A stretch of 64,000 bases of DNA from Gammaproteobacteria bacterium (GCA_029881255.1 JAOUMY010000005.1:259531-323530); one strand, 5' to 3'; positions 37,873 to 48,046 are shown, numbered from the stretch's first letter. Notes: generated by a model not told the origin, from the sequence alone. Numbers and translations: made by a program.

Positions 37873-38849
37873 ATATGCGCTTTATCTATGACAATTTGAC
37901 TGGCCGCGTCATTCTCATCCTGTTGCTCGGTGCGGCACTGATTGCTCTTGATGTATTACTTGTTGGCTCGATGTTAGACAACAAACAGCAGGATGCCTCG
38001 AGTTGGATTAGTGTTTCGGCAGCGATACTGTTTGGACTGATATTCATTGGCTACATAATATCCCGACAACTAATCAAGCCCCTTAGACGCCTGGCCGAGA
38101 CAGCTCAGCGCTTTTCCACCGATTTGAAAAGCGAAACCCTGGTATTAAAAGGGCCAAAAGAAGTACGTGATACAGCGCAAAGTTTTAACCAGATGCAGCA
38201 ACGCATACAGCGCTTCGTCGAGGAAAGAATGCAACTGATCGCGGCTATCTCTCACGACTTACGCACCCCTCTCACGCGTTTGCGACTCCGAGTGGAAACA
38301 ATAGAGGACGAAGAACAGCGCAACAAGGCACTGCGAGACATTGAAGACATGCGTGCCATGATCCAAAGCACCCTCGCCTTTATCCGTGATGACGCTGCAA
38401 CCGAGGTAAGTGTCAAGGCAGATATCGCATCACTGGTGCAGACTATTTGTGACGATACCAGTGATATCTATGGGCCTGCGACATATACCGGTCCGGATCG
38501 TTGTATAAGCTTGTGCAAGCCGAACTCGTTGAAACGTGCCCTGGCCAATATTATCGAAAACGGCGTAATTTATGGCAAAAATGTCACTGTCACTTTGAGT
38601 TGTGGCGAAACAGAAATTTCACTGCTGATCGATGATCAGGGAGACGGCATTCCCCCTGATCAATTTGAAAATGTTTTTCTGCCGTTTTACCGCATCGACA
38701 AATCACGAAACCGAGAAACCGGTGGAATCGGCCTGGGTATGAGCGTAAGTCGCACCACGATACACGCACATGGTGGAAAGATACTACTCTCCAATAAAAA
38801 AGAAGGTGGCCTGCGCGTCGAAGTAAAACTGATTCGACATCAATCCTGA
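37869..38849 (+). CDS. Sensor histidine kinase with two TM helices separated by only a short loop, so effectively no periplasmic sensor domain. Overlaps the response-regulator stop by 4 nt.
   Basis: HAMP-like region, H-box AISHDLRTPLT, ATPase G-boxes DDQGDGIP, GGIGLGMS. Confidence 0.8.
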   Translation: MNMRFIYDNLTGRVILILLLGAALIALDVLLVGSMLDNKQQDASSWISVSAAILFGLIFIGYIISRQLIKPLRRLAETAQRFSTDLKSETLVLKGPKEVRDTAQSFNQMQQRIQRFVEERMQLIAAISHDLRTPLTRLRLRVETIEDEEQRNKALRDIEDMRAMIQSTLAFIRDDAATEVSVKADIASLVQTICDDTSDIYGPATYTGPDRCISLCKPNSLKRALANIIENGVIYGKNVTVTLSCGETEISLLIDDQGDGIPPDQFENVFLPFYRIDKSRNRETGGIGLGMSVSRTTIHAHGGKILLSNKKEGGLRVEVKLIRHQS

Positions 38850-39135
38850 GTAAGGCGCAACGATATTCAAACAAATCTTTTGCGTCTCCCAAAGCATAAC
38901 GAACGCTGCTATTAGTCAAACGTTTTTTCTCTTACAAGAAATAGAAACGTATTCTCACAATTTACTTCGCACAACTTTCATAACATTCGAAAAACATTGG
39001 CTATTCACTAATACAGATATTCTCATTCAAATAGCAAATATTGTCCTCGTCCTTTTCTCTAAAGGGATCGATTGCGCTATTTCACATCAATGTCTAGAAT
39101 AGGACGCATAGGAATACTCATATCGAACTGTCATT

Positions 39136-39663
39136 ATGGAAAACAAAAAAACTTCCCCGCTAATCATTGCATCGCTGTTGTTGTTAGTCTCCAACGTCTA
39201 TGCGGAGGACAACAGTTTTGGAAGTGCTAAACACGCATTCGGTGTCTCGGCTGGCACTGCATCTGGCGGGGGGCTAACGTTCCGGCAATATCTCTCCAAT
39301 GGGTTCCTGCAGGGGCGGTTTTTCTCTGTCGCAAATGGTTATGACAAGTTGACAAACTTGTTACTGGGCGCGTCGTATGGTCACGTCTTGAGTGAAATCT
39401 CAATGGTAAAAGCCCTCCCACCAACGGCCTTAGTACTGACAATTGGCGCCGACGGTCACTACACTCAAGATGATATCGTGGGCTCAGGCTTTAACAAATT
39501 CGCATCAGGAGTTGGAGTAGCGCTCGAAATCGGCAATACCTTTTCTCCTGGATTGATGTTTTCCATCGGCATGAATTACGCGTTAGTAATGGACAAGGAT
39601 ATCGGTAGCTGGAACTGGAATCTTGGTCCGCAACTAGACGTCAGCATGTTTTATAACTGGTAA
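39136..39663 (+). CDS. Small secreted beta-barrel-type outer-membrane protein; paralog 1 of 3.
   Basis: Signal peptide. Amphipathic beta-strand pattern. C-terminal aromatic residues (…MFYNW). Shared motifs with the next two ORFs. Confidence 0.5.
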   Translation: MENKKTSPLIIASLLLLVSNVYAEDNSFGSAKHAFGVSAGTASGGGLTFRQYLSNGFLQGRFFSVANGYDKLTNLLLGASYGHVLSEISMVKALPPTALVLTIGADGHYTQDDIVGSGFNKFASGVGVALEIGNTFSPGLMFSIGMNYALVMDKDIGSWNWNLGPQLDVSMFYNW

Positions 39664-39720
39664 CCGAATATGGACATTTACCTGCCGCATTTCTCAACCA
39701 GACAATCAGGCTTCAAAGGC

Positions 39721-40266
39721 ATGTTACCTTGGGTTATGGTTGTGTGCATACTTGTTGTGTGTTTTTCTTCACCGGCAATGGCCGAACAAAAAGCCAAACA
39801 CGGTATTTCGGGAGGCTTTGGTTGGATAGGCGGTAGTGGTTTAGGCTATATACATTACCTAGGCCCGAACATGTTACAGCTATCCTTTGCTGGAAATGTC
39901 GATGAATTTCGTAGTGACTACACAATCGGGGTATCTTTCGCCCGCTATCTCCACCATGTACGAGATCCACGCTCCATGGTTCCCGTTGCGCTGAAATTGA
40001 TTGTTGGAACAGATGTGCGCTATCAGTCTGGCATAATTAACTCCGGTCTTATTGTTACTCCTGATACGGATTACAACACACTTCAATCGGCATATTTCAT
40101 TACTACTGGCGCGGGTCTCGGAATCGACATAGGCAGTCCGGGAGAACCAGGACTGGTCTGGTCTTTAGCTATTTCCTATGCCTTGTCTATCGAAGATGTG
40201 AGCCCGCAAAAACGCGAGTGGCTCATTAGCCCGCTCCCGGCAATGGCACTGATTTATAGTTGGTAA
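39721..40266 (+). CDS. Small secreted beta-barrel-type outer-membrane protein; paralog 2 of 3. An alternative start lies at 39670.
   Basis: Signal peptide ...SSPAMA. C-terminal …LIYSW. Confidence 0.5.
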   Translation: MLPWVMVVCILVVCFSSPAMAEQKAKHGISGGFGWIGGSGLGYIHYLGPNMLQLSFAGNVDEFRSDYTIGVSFARYLHHVRDPRSMVPVALKLIVGTDVRYQSGIINSGLIVTPDTDYNTLQSAYFITTGAGLGIDIGSPGEPGLVWSLAISYALSIEDVSPQKREWLISPLPAMALIYSW

Positions 40267-40273
40267 TACGAAT

Positions 40274-40840
40274 ATGAAATGCTTTTCCCAAACACTGACA
40301 TTCCGCATTTGCTCAACGGTGCTAGGTATGCTTTTAACGGCTTCCGTCTACGCACTTGAACCTGCGCAACTAAAGCCAGCTAAACATGCATTGGGATTTT
40401 CTGCTGGTTGGGTCAATGGAAGCGGCATTACGTACCGACGATACTTTGGTGATCATTTTGCGCAAGGAACGATATTTGGTCTCGTGTCGAATAACGGCAA
40501 TGACGCTTATGTAGACGCTGCGTTCTCTGTAGGCACCTATCTAAGCCGATTGGAGTCCTTTGGCATACTTCCACCCATGGGTCTTAAACTCATGGCAGGC
40601 GCCGACCTTGTTATTGACCGGACTGATTCATCAAGAGACGGATTCACAACAGGTAGCTTTACTTACGACCGAAGCTACTATGGCGGAGGCGTTGCGCTCG
40701 AGTTTGGCAATCCTGGAAGCTCCGGACTTAGCCTGTGGGCAGCCTTAAACTATGTATTCACCTATGACGGAATAGGCTCTCCATCATTTCAAACATTTGA
40801 TATGCGGCCTTCTATGGGAATTCTATACGGCTGGAAATAA
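40274..40840 (+). CDS. Small secreted beta-barrel-type outer-membrane protein; paralog 3 of 3.
   Basis: Signal peptide. C-terminal …GILYGWK. Gene junctions TGGTAAyCGAATATG are repeated, indicating tandem duplication. Confidence 0.5.
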   Translation: MKCFSQTLTFRICSTVLGMLLTASVYALEPAQLKPAKHALGFSAGWVNGSGITYRRYFGDHFAQGTIFGLVSNNGNDAYVDAAFSVGTYLSRLESFGILPPMGLKLMAGADLVIDRTDSSRDGFTTGSFTYDRSYYGGGVALEFGNPGSSGLSLWAALNYVFTYDGIGSPSFQTFDMRPSMGILYGWK

Positions 40841-40857
40841 GACTTCAGCAACGTTAT

Positions 40858-41511
40858 TCAGCACTCAGTAGGCAAACCCATAATTCTCCATTCGGGAAAG
40901 CCCCCATCCAAACGCCGCGCGTGTATACCATGTTCACGCAGTAAAGCGACCGCATCAAATGCCAGCACGCAATGAGGCCCTCGGCAATAGGCGATATATT
41001 CTTGTGTCGCATCCAGTTCGTGTAGCCTTTTCTTGAGCTCTGACAGTGGCAGGTTAATAGCCCCCGCAATATGGCCGGCCTGAAACTCTTCGTCCGGGCG
41101 TACATCCAACACCGTTACCAGGCCGCTGCTGGCACGCTCATAGAGCTCAGCTGCCGGTATGGGCTCAAGGTCGTCCTTCACATTAAGATAATCGGTAATC
41201 AGCTGCTCTACCTCGTCCAGATGGCGTTCGGCGACCACTCTCAATCGATCGGTGAGTGCGATCACATCGTCACCACTCAGTTGGTAGATAACGTATTGCC
41301 CTTCCTTGCGACCGATCACTAAACCAACTTGTTTGAGCTGCTGTAAATGATGAGATGTGTTAGCAACACTTAGCCCCGTGAGCGTGGCCAAGTCTTCCAC
41401 CGAACGTTCGCTCTGAGCCAGAAACTCCAGCAACTCCAGGCGATTCTCATTGCCCAAGGCTTTAGCCACCCGTGAGAAATGAGCAAGCAACTGCTTTTTA
41501 AACGTTTTCAT
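40858..41511 (-). CDS. ArsR/SmtB-family transcriptional regulator fused to a rhodanese (sulfurtransferase-like) domain.
   Basis: wHTH LGNENRLELLEFL...VEDLATLTGLSVANTSHHLQQL. C-terminal rhodanese domain with CRGPHC. Confidence 0.8.
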   Translation of the reverse strand: MKTFKKQLLAHFSRVAKALGNENRLELLEFLAQSERSVEDLATLTGLSVANTSHHLQQLKQVGLVIGRKEGQYVIYQLSGDDVIALTDRLRVVAERHLDEVEQLITDYLNVKDDLEPIPAAELYERASSGLVTVLDVRPDEEFQAGHIAGAINLPLSELKKRLHELDATQEYIAYCRGPHCVLAFDAVALLREHGIHARRLDGGFPEWRIMGLPTEC

Positions 41512-41541
41512 ACCACTCGTCTCTTGCCAGTGAGATCAATA

Positions 41542-41607
41542 ATATTCAAATGAATACTTGAATACAAAACCGCGCGTCCGATATATTATTCAAACAATCC
41601 CTTGAAT
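41542..41607. promoter_or_regulatory. Two copies of a palindromic operator, TATTCAAA-N7-TTGAATACAAA, in the divergent ArsR/desaturase promoter region.
   Basis: Site 1 at 41542-41563 and site 2 at 41586-41607. TATTCAA and TTGAATA are reverse complements. Confidence 0.55.
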
Positions 41608-41627
41608 ACAAATTCACGGAGAAATTC

Positions 41628-42494
41628 ATGTCTTTTGACGAATGGCTGACTCACAACGAAGTGGTTATACGCCTCGGGTGTTTTTTCGGCGTATTGCTGG
41701 TGATGGCCACTTGGGAGATGCTTGCGCCAAGACGCTCACTGTCTATCGCCAAGGGCATGCGCTGGCTCAATAACCTGGGGTTGGTATTTCTGAACAGCCT
41801 CATTTTACGCATACTATTTCCCGCTGCCGCGGTCGGCGTTGCGGCCTTCGCAACAAACGCTGGTTGGGGGCTGTTGAATTTTTATCAACTGCCTTTCTGG
41901 CTCAGTGTTATTTTGGCCATCATCGCACTCGATTTAATCATTTATCTTCAGCATGTATTGGTACACGCCGTCCCTGCGCTTTGGCGCCTGCATCGGGTTC
42001 ACCATGCTGATCCCGATTACGATGTAACGACCGGCGCGCGCTTTCATCCCATCGAAATTATCTTATCTATGCTAATCAAGTTTGCCGCGATTATTGTGTT
42101 AGGCGCACCGCTTGTTGCCGTAATTATTTTCGAGGTCATTCTGAACGCAATGGCGATGTTTAATCACGCCAATGTGAAACTACCACTGCGGCTGGACAAA
42201 TACCTACGCCTTATCGTCGTAACACCGGACATGCATCGAGTGCATCATTCCGTGGAAGACGACGAGGCAAATAGTAATTTCGGATTCAATCTTTCCATTT
42301 GGGACCGCGTCTTCGGTACCTATCGTGCTCAGCCGCGCAATGGTCACGAAGGTATGAAAATAGGAATTCACCAATTTACCGAAACAAAAACCGTCACCTG
42401 GTTACCCGGTATGCTTATGCTGCCGTTCAAAGGAAAAGTAAGCGCTTACGCTATCAATCGACGCTCCTGGAAGAACACGGAACAGGATAAATAA
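41628..42494 (+). CDS. Fatty-acid hydroxylase / sterol desaturase superfamily membrane enzyme.
   Basis: His boxes HRVHHADPDYD and HRVHH in a multi-TM protein. Confidence 0.8.
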   Translation: MSFDEWLTHNEVVIRLGCFFGVLLVMATWEMLAPRRSLSIAKGMRWLNNLGLVFLNSLILRILFPAAAVGVAAFATNAGWGLLNFYQLPFWLSVILAIIALDLIIYLQHVLVHAVPALWRLHRVHHADPDYDVTTGARFHPIEIILSMLIKFAAIIVLGAPLVAVIIFEVILNAMAMFNHANVKLPLRLDKYLRLIVVTPDMHRVHHSVEDDEANSNFGFNLSIWDRVFGTYRAQPRNGHEGMKIGIHQFTETKTVTWLPGMLMLPFKGKVSAYAINRRSWKNTEQDK

Positions 42495-42495
42495 C

Positions 42496-43191
42496 GTGAT
42501 TAAGAATCTCCCCCGCGTGTTGATGGCGGGCTTGCTTGCCATTGGCATCGTCGTGGCTGTACTCAATCGTCACCAGTTTGATTCCGATGCTATTCAGTTG
42601 TGGATAAATGAATTAGGGGGAGCCGGTCCCGTAATTTTTGTTGGGGCATATATCATTGCCTGCGTCCTCTTCTTACCCGGTTCACTACTCACCCTAACTG
42701 CCGGCGCCCTATTCGGACCAATTTTGGGAAGCCTATACAGTTTAATCGGCGCCACTACCGGGGCAACACTCTCCTTCCTAATCGCTCGATATTTGGCTTC
42801 CGGCTGGGTCGAACAATACAGCCAAAACAAGCTGGGGAGCATCAAACACAGCATCGAACAAGAAGGCTGGCGCTTTGTTGCCTTCGTGCGGCTGGTACCA
42901 ATATTCCCATTCAATCTCTTGAACTATGCATTAGGACTGACTCGCATTTCACTGCGAGATTATGTGGTGACGACACTCCTATGCATGATACCCGGCGCCT
43001 TCGCCTATACTTATCTTGGATATGCAGGAAAAGAGGCAATTACCGGCGGCGAAGATCTGGTACAAAAAATCATTCTTGCAACTGCCCTACTTGCCTGCGT
43101 CGCTTTCCTACCCGGAATCGTGAAACGCGTTCGCCAGAATTCTTCCGCTGTCAGTGACAGTCATAAGAAAAACCACGGGCACGGTGATTAA
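42496..43191 (+). CDS. TVP38/TMEM64 (DedA-like) family membrane protein; GTG start.
   Basis: Family motif FLPGSLLTLTAGALFG; multiple TM helices. Confidence 0.7.
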   Translation: MIKNLPRVLMAGLLAIGIVVAVLNRHQFDSDAIQLWINELGGAGPVIFVGAYIIACVLFLPGSLLTLTAGALFGPILGSLYSLIGATTGATLSFLIARYLASGWVEQYSQNKLGSIKHSIEQEGWRFVAFVRLVPIFPFNLLNYALGLTRISLRDYVVTTLLCMIPGAFAYTYLGYAGKEAITGGEDLVQKIILATALLACVAFLPGIVKRVRQNSSAVSDSHKKNHGHGD

Positions 43192-43278
43192 AAATCCTTG
43201 TCCTCAAGTCTGAACGACTTTCGGCCGACGCAATCTAAAGAAGTTAAGTACTCAGAGTAATGTCTCGAAGGAGGTATT

Positions 43279-43473
43279 ATGATGTCGTCAGTTAAACTGT
43301 TCTTCGAAGCGTATGAACGGGACGTGTTCGACCTGACAGGCGCCTGCTCATGGCCGGACCTGGCGGAATGCTTTATATTTTATGCCTTTGTTGCTTTCTT
43401 TGTTTCATTCACACTTTTTCTACCGTTTGTATTTTTTATTCTATTAGTCTTGCTACCTTCACTACAGTTTTAG
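43279..43473 (+). CDS. Small (64 aa) membrane protein, hypothetical.
   Basis: Perfect SD GAAGGAGGT 5 nt before the ATG. C-terminal hydrophobic helix FIFYAFVAFFVSFTLFLPFVFFILLVLL. Confidence 0.45.
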   Translation: MMSSVKLFFEAYERDVFDLTGACSWPDLAECFIFYAFVAFFVSFTLFLPFVFFILLVLLPSLQF

Positions 43474-43493
43474 GTTTCCGCTGCTTACGCTAT

Positions 43494-44099
43494 TTAAAAT
43501 GAAACGCCGATATTTGCTCCCAGCGTGTTTCCGCTAACACCGTGGCTGAAACCAGGTATATTGTAACGTATCATGGTATAGCGTACTCCAACAAACATCG
43601 AAAAGCTGACGTCTCGTTCGCGTATTTCGTAATTGTATTCTGCTATCACACCGCCAACGTCGTTAAATTTGTAATGCCCATTGCATCCCCCTTCTACCTC
43701 ACAAAGATAACTCACAAAGAGATGGCGCGTTATTCCGAATCCTAAACCGTGCATGCGATAACGTAGCATAGCAAGTGCATCAATTGGAGCACGTGAGAAT
43801 ACCCCTCTGCCATCGCTTCCACCGACCCGGTTGCTCTTCCATCCTAAATCCAGACGTGCCTCAAATGATCGGTATGTTAGCGCAAGTCCACCGGCAAAAA
43901 ACAGGCCTCGTCCTGCTACTACGTCTTCACGTCGCGTTGTTTCACCGCTGGCTTCCTGCCTGATTATAATAAATCTTGCCACAGTTTCACCTGGAAGAAC
44001 GTCGTAGTGGGCAAAGGCAAATTTCTTCCAATCAAATCCATTTGCATACGAAACACTAGACAGTTGAGACATCAACAAAATTGCAGCAAAAATTCTCAT
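43494..44099 (-). CDS. Outer-membrane beta-barrel protein (OmpA-like/porin-family TM domain).
   Basis: Signal peptide. Alternating-pattern strands. C-terminal …NIGVSF. Confidence 0.5.
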   Translation of the reverse strand: MRIFAAILLMSQLSSVSYANGFDWKKFAFAHYDVLPGETVARFIIIRQEASGETTRREDVVAGRGLFFAGGLALTYRSFEARLDLGWKSNRVGGSDGRGVFSRAPIDALAMLRYRMHGLGFGITRHLFVSYLCEVEGGCNGHYKFNDVGGVIAEYNYEIRERDVSFSMFVGVRYTMIRYNIPGFSHGVSGNTLGANIGVSF

Positions 44100-44416
44100 T
44101 TACACACTTTATTTTAAATAATTGTATCTATGGATAGTCAATTATGAAAACTTTCCGAGCGGGAAACCGAATTTCCAGACCAAGTATATAATGTAGCCTC
44201 CTACCCTCCTGTATCGCCAGGAAACATTAAATTGTTTAGCTAACAAACCCCAAAAGATGAGGAACAATTTTCAATTGTTGAAATTTCGGATTCATTCTCT
44301 TCATTTTTGGTATTAGATGGGGGAAGTCCAGGTCTAAAACTATTCGCACTTGATCGCCACTAATTTGCTATCTATAGTTTATCTAAGACACAATAAATAT
44401 ACGTAGGGACGACTGC

Positions 44417-45904
44417 ATGGTGCGAATCTCGCTACTCGTATGGATTATTTTGACTATGGTGGCAGCATGTGCAGAAAACCTTCCACCAAGCCCAGCAACT
44501 TCATTGACATCCTCAAAAAATAGTCCCAGTTCAAGAAGCCACGGTATGTGGGATCCTGTCGTACAGCTATCCTCGGCCCAAGTTGACAACTCTAATCTTG
44601 CCCGAATTCGAGAATTCGCTGTAAGCCTGTCTCCGCAAGATGCTACGAGTATTTTTTCCTGGCAAAACGCGGTTTCGATGGATGCATTCTCGGGAAATGT
44701 CCTTTGGGGAAACTATCAGGTTCGCATCTTGGATGATATTGGTGCAGTCACCAGTGCTTCGCCGATTCCGGAAATACAACAAACGAATGCCCAATATCTA
44801 GACATACAATTCTCTCGCGACGCCAACAATGCGAAGGCGTTATGGTCAAACAATGGCGAAATATACAGCAGTGACATCTACGTGAATACTAGCCCTATAT
44901 GGCTGTTGCCTCAATTACAGGGAAACAGCACCGGCAAACCTCAATTGCTATTTTCGGCACAAACACTTCCTTTCTCACCACCCGTGGACACACAAGCATA
45001 CGCTATGGTTTGGCCTGCGCCAACGCTCAACAATTCTATTCAAGGCCGAGTTACCAGCCTGGCACGCGGTATGGGCGGTGCACCAATTGCCCAAATTGGC
45101 GACGTTCAGAATTTGTCGTTTGGTAGTGGTGTAGCGCTTGGCTCAGCTACAATTGACGACCAGACGAGGACATCACAACTTTGGCAACAATACAACATCG
45201 CCGGTCAACAAGAGTTAATCGTGAGTCAACTTGAACCGGGGAAAACTTGGTTCACACTATCCCCAACCCTCACCAGCATCAATTTTGATATTGCGAGAGA
45301 AATTGTTACTGCGAGCCTGCCTGGGAATGTTCTCATGCTTATCGGTTATGACCGCGGTGGCAACATTCTTTCGCAGAGCTTCCATCCAATTGTCGGCTGG
45401 GGAAACCCCCAAGTCATCAGCGAATCCACTCCTATACCATCTAGCCGTTCAAATCTACGCGCGAACTACAACGGACTCGGAGATATACAAGTTGTGTGGC
45501 TGAGTGAAGATACCAGTCCTGTATTTGTCACACGTGTATATGGAAATCGTTTTTCGCGAATCCAACAAGGTTTTGCCTGGAATGGTGTGACGGAATTTAG
45601 CAGCGATATTCCTGCTGCCGTGCACAGTAGCGTGATGGTAAAGGTGGCAGACAATAGCGATACGGTAGTTTTGTGGCAAACCCAAGCTGGTGTTGATCAA
45701 ACACTCCACTTCCGCGAATTTCGCCCTAGCACAGGATGGAGTGGCAGTATTTCTGTCGCCAGCTTTTCGAATATTAACGGTCAACAATTATTAGCCTCAA
45801 CGATTGATATAAATAAGATAGGCATTATTAGCCTCGCATGGGCAGAAGTGGGCATTAACGGACCACTGGCAAATCTAAATATTAATGCCTTACGCAGACG
45901 CTGA
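44417..45904 (+). CDS. Secreted lipoprotein, hypothetical (495 aa).
   Basis: Lipobox TMVAACA. No recognisable domains. Confidence 0.45.
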   Translation: MVRISLLVWIILTMVAACAENLPPSPATSLTSSKNSPSSRSHGMWDPVVQLSSAQVDNSNLARIREFAVSLSPQDATSIFSWQNAVSMDAFSGNVLWGNYQVRILDDIGAVTSASPIPEIQQTNAQYLDIQFSRDANNAKALWSNNGEIYSSDIYVNTSPIWLLPQLQGNSTGKPQLLFSAQTLPFSPPVDTQAYAMVWPAPTLNNSIQGRVTSLARGMGGAPIAQIGDVQNLSFGSGVALGSATIDDQTRTSQLWQQYNIAGQQELIVSQLEPGKTWFTLSPTLTSINFDIAREIVTASLPGNVLMLIGYDRGGNILSQSFHPIVGWGNPQVISESTPIPSSRSNLRANYNGLGDIQVVWLSEDTSPVFVTRVYGNRFSRIQQGFAWNGVTEFSSDIPAAVHSSVMVKVADNSDTVVLWQTQAGVDQTLHFREFRPSTGWSGSISVASFSNINGQQLLASTIDINKIGIISLAWAEVGINGPLANLNINALRRR

Positions 45905-46019
45905 TCCAACCCACCCTATAAATTTCTATAGTAGTACTTCATTAAAGAGCAAATTACTCTACCCGTTAGGAAAATATGGAAAGCTTCTCGCCAAAATGGC
46001 GTCTGGAAAAAGGAATTTT

Positions 46020-46388
46020 ATGTCGGGTGTAAATATACTGGTCGTAGACGACTCATTTATTGTGCGCAAAATTTTACGATATTATCTGGAAAACGCAGGT
46101 CACTTAGTTGAAGAAGCACAGGACGGTGGAAGCGCCTGGATGCTTGCCCAACATCAACAATACGGCTTAATTATTACCGAGATTAACATTTCAAGTATGG
46201 ATGGGGTTGAGCTTATTGAAAAGCTCCGCCAGGAGTCCTGCAACCGTTACACCCCTATATTGGCAATTAGTTCGGAACGCCGCTCTCATAAAAAAGACCG
46301 GGCAAGTAAGGCGGGGGCGTCTGATTGGATTTGCAAACCATTTATTGAAGAAACAGTGCTCAATGCTGTTGAAAAATTGATCGCCTGA
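46020..46388 (+). CDS. Stand-alone CheY-like receiver-domain protein. Start is the ATG at 46020 with an AAGGA RBS; an in-frame alternative lies at 45996.
   Basis: Receiver motifs ILVVDDS...LIITEINISSMDG...AISS...K. Confidence 0.75.
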   Translation: MSGVNILVVDDSFIVRKILRYYLENAGHLVEEAQDGGSAWMLAQHQQYGLIITEINISSMDGVELIEKLRQESCNRYTPILAISSERRSHKKDRASKAGASDWICKPFIEETVLNAVEKLIA

Positions 46389-46392
46389 AACG

Positions 46393-46424
46393 AAAAACCC
46401 GCCTTCTATTGAGGCGGGTTTTTG
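46393..46424. terminator. Bidirectional terminator between the receiver gene (+) and the cold-shock gene (-).
   Basis: AAAACCCGCCT-tctattg-AGGCGGGTTTTT. Confidence 0.6.
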
Positions 46425-46441
46425 ACAGAAACCGGTGAGAA

Positions 46442-46645
46442 TTAATCTACACGAACTTCGGTCGCCTGTGGTCCTTTTGCTCCATTTTCTACTTTGAAGG
46501 TTACTGTTTGACCTTCGTTCAGTGTGCGAAAACCGCTACCCTGAATGGCTGAAAAATGAACAAAAACGTCAGCGCTGCCATCGGAAGGTGTAATAAATCC
46601 GAAACCTTTGCTTTCGTTAAACCACTTGACTGTGCCAGTATTCAT
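46442..46645 (-). CDS. Cold-shock protein (CspA family).
   Basis: [15 protein letters not shown]...[11 protein letters not shown] motifs; 67 aa. Confidence 0.9.
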   Translation of the reverse strand: MNTGTVKWFNESKGFGFITPSDGSADVFVHFSAIQGSGFRTLNEGQTVTFKVENGAKGPQATEVRVD

Positions 46646-46810
46646 AGTGAGATACCTCGATAAGATGTTGAACTAAAAAGGTATTGCAAACATATCAAGG
46701 TAGCTTACTGAGAACACAGGGAGAGATGTGACCGAATGACCGTGATAATGTAACAATGCTCCAGGGGGCAAATTAGAGCATAAAGGGAATTCAATATCCA
46801 GCTATTTTTA

Positions 46811-46854
46811 AAGAAAAAAGTGGCAGCGGAACACCGCTGCCACTCCTTTTTCTA
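46811..46854. terminator. Bidirectional hairpin terminator downstream of the 46878-47333 (-) gene.
   Basis: AGTGGCAGCGG-aaca-CCGCTGCCACT flanked by A6 on one side and T5 on the other. Confidence 0.55.
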
Positions 46855-46877
46855 ATTATCGTAATACGTATTTCCGA

Positions 46878-47333
46878 TTAAGGTCTTACGTAAGAATAAC
46901 CGGCCATTTGAAGCTCCATGATGCGACCAACGCCAGCCTTAACAACCTGAACGCCTTCAGTCAGCACTGGATCTTTGCCAGTTTTTGCCTTAACTTTCTT
47001 CATTGTGTTGCCACAAGCGCTGAAAGTAATATTCTGAGTGGCCAGGCTCTTAACGCGGTCTGACTGCTTGTTACCTTTAGTCAGTAGACCCAGGCCAGGA
47101 CCGTAGGCAACGACTTCTACTGCGATATTGTCAAGACCGTATTCCTGTTGCAGGTTAACAGCATTGTTCAACGCAATAGTTTGGGTCTGAGCATCATCTG
47201 AGCTGACCTGGATAACGATTTTATATTTTGGATCAAAGTCAGCAGCTACGCTGTTTGCGGATACAGATACAGCCAGGATTGCGCTTGCAGCAGCAATAGC
47301 GAAAACCTTAGACACTAGTTTGCTAAATTTCAT
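46878..47333 (-). CDS. Secreted DsrE/DsrF/YchN-like protein (family tentative).
   Basis: Signal peptide. Core KIVIQVSSDD...IAVEVVAYGPGLGLL...ITFSACGNT...AGYSYVRP. Homologous to the C-terminal domain of the anti-sigma factor at 48043-48768. Confidence 0.5.
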   Translation of the reverse strand: MKFSKLVSKVFAIAAASAILAVSVSANSVAADFDPKYKIVIQVSSDDAQTQTIALNNAVNLQQEYGLDNIAVEVVAYGPGLGLLTKGNKQSDRVKSLATQNITFSACGNTMKKVKAKTGKDPVLTEGVQVVKAGVGRIMELQMAGYSYVRP

Positions 47334-47500
47334 TTTATTTCTCCCAAAATGTGATGACAGTTAAACAAAAACACCTACAGGACTATAGACGTTGGCCGAT
47401 AGACATTTATTCCACATTTGAAAAATATTTTTCCCTAAGGGAATAAAACCGTAGACCAAGCCGTCTTAAATAATACGTGGTAACGTTAGAAGGTTGCACT

Positions 47501-48046
47501 ATGTGGGAAATATTTACCCAGTCTCGCAAATCCCGCCAGAAGCTTGAAAGCCGCTGGCATCGCCTCTACCGCCTGGCCTATTCCTGGTGTCATGACCCAG
47601 ATCTTGCGGGAGATCTTACACAAGACACCCTTGCGAAAGCCTTAAAGAACATGCATCAGCTGAAAGATACCGATGCATTGGATGCCTGGCTGTTCAGTAT
47701 TCTAAATAATTGCTGGAAGGACTATTGGCGAAATCGCCGGGAAATGTCTGACTTGGACCAAATCGAACACGAACCTTTTGATGATATCCACACACATCAA
47801 CAACGAAATGATCTCATTTCCGGGGTTCGCCAAGCCATCGCACGTTTACCTTTGCACCAGCGTCAAGTATTGAGCTTGGTCGATATAGAGGAAATGAGCT
47901 ACAAAGAGGTTGCTCAAATTCTCGATATTCCTATCGGCACGGTAATGAGTCGCCTGTGTCGAGCGAGAAAAGAATTAAAGGATATCTTGATTACAATGGA
48001 GAGAGAGACCGTTTCCAATAAACCAGAATTGAGGATTATAAAATGA
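47501..48046 (+). CDS. ECF (sigma-70 family, RpoE-like) sigma factor. ATG at 47501 with an AGAAGG RBS.
   Basis: Region 2 (LAYSWCHDPDLAGDLTQDTLAKA) and region 4 (LSLVDIEEMSYKEVAQILDIPIGTVMSRLCRARKEL). Confidence 0.8.
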   Translation: MWEIFTQSRKSRQKLESRWHRLYRLAYSWCHDPDLAGDLTQDTLAKALKNMHQLKDTDALDAWLFSILNNCWKDYWRNRREMSDLDQIEHEPFDDIHTHQQRNDLISGVRQAIARLPLHQRQVLSLVDIEEMSYKEVAQILDIPIGTVMSRLCRARKELKDILITMERETVSNKPELRIIK

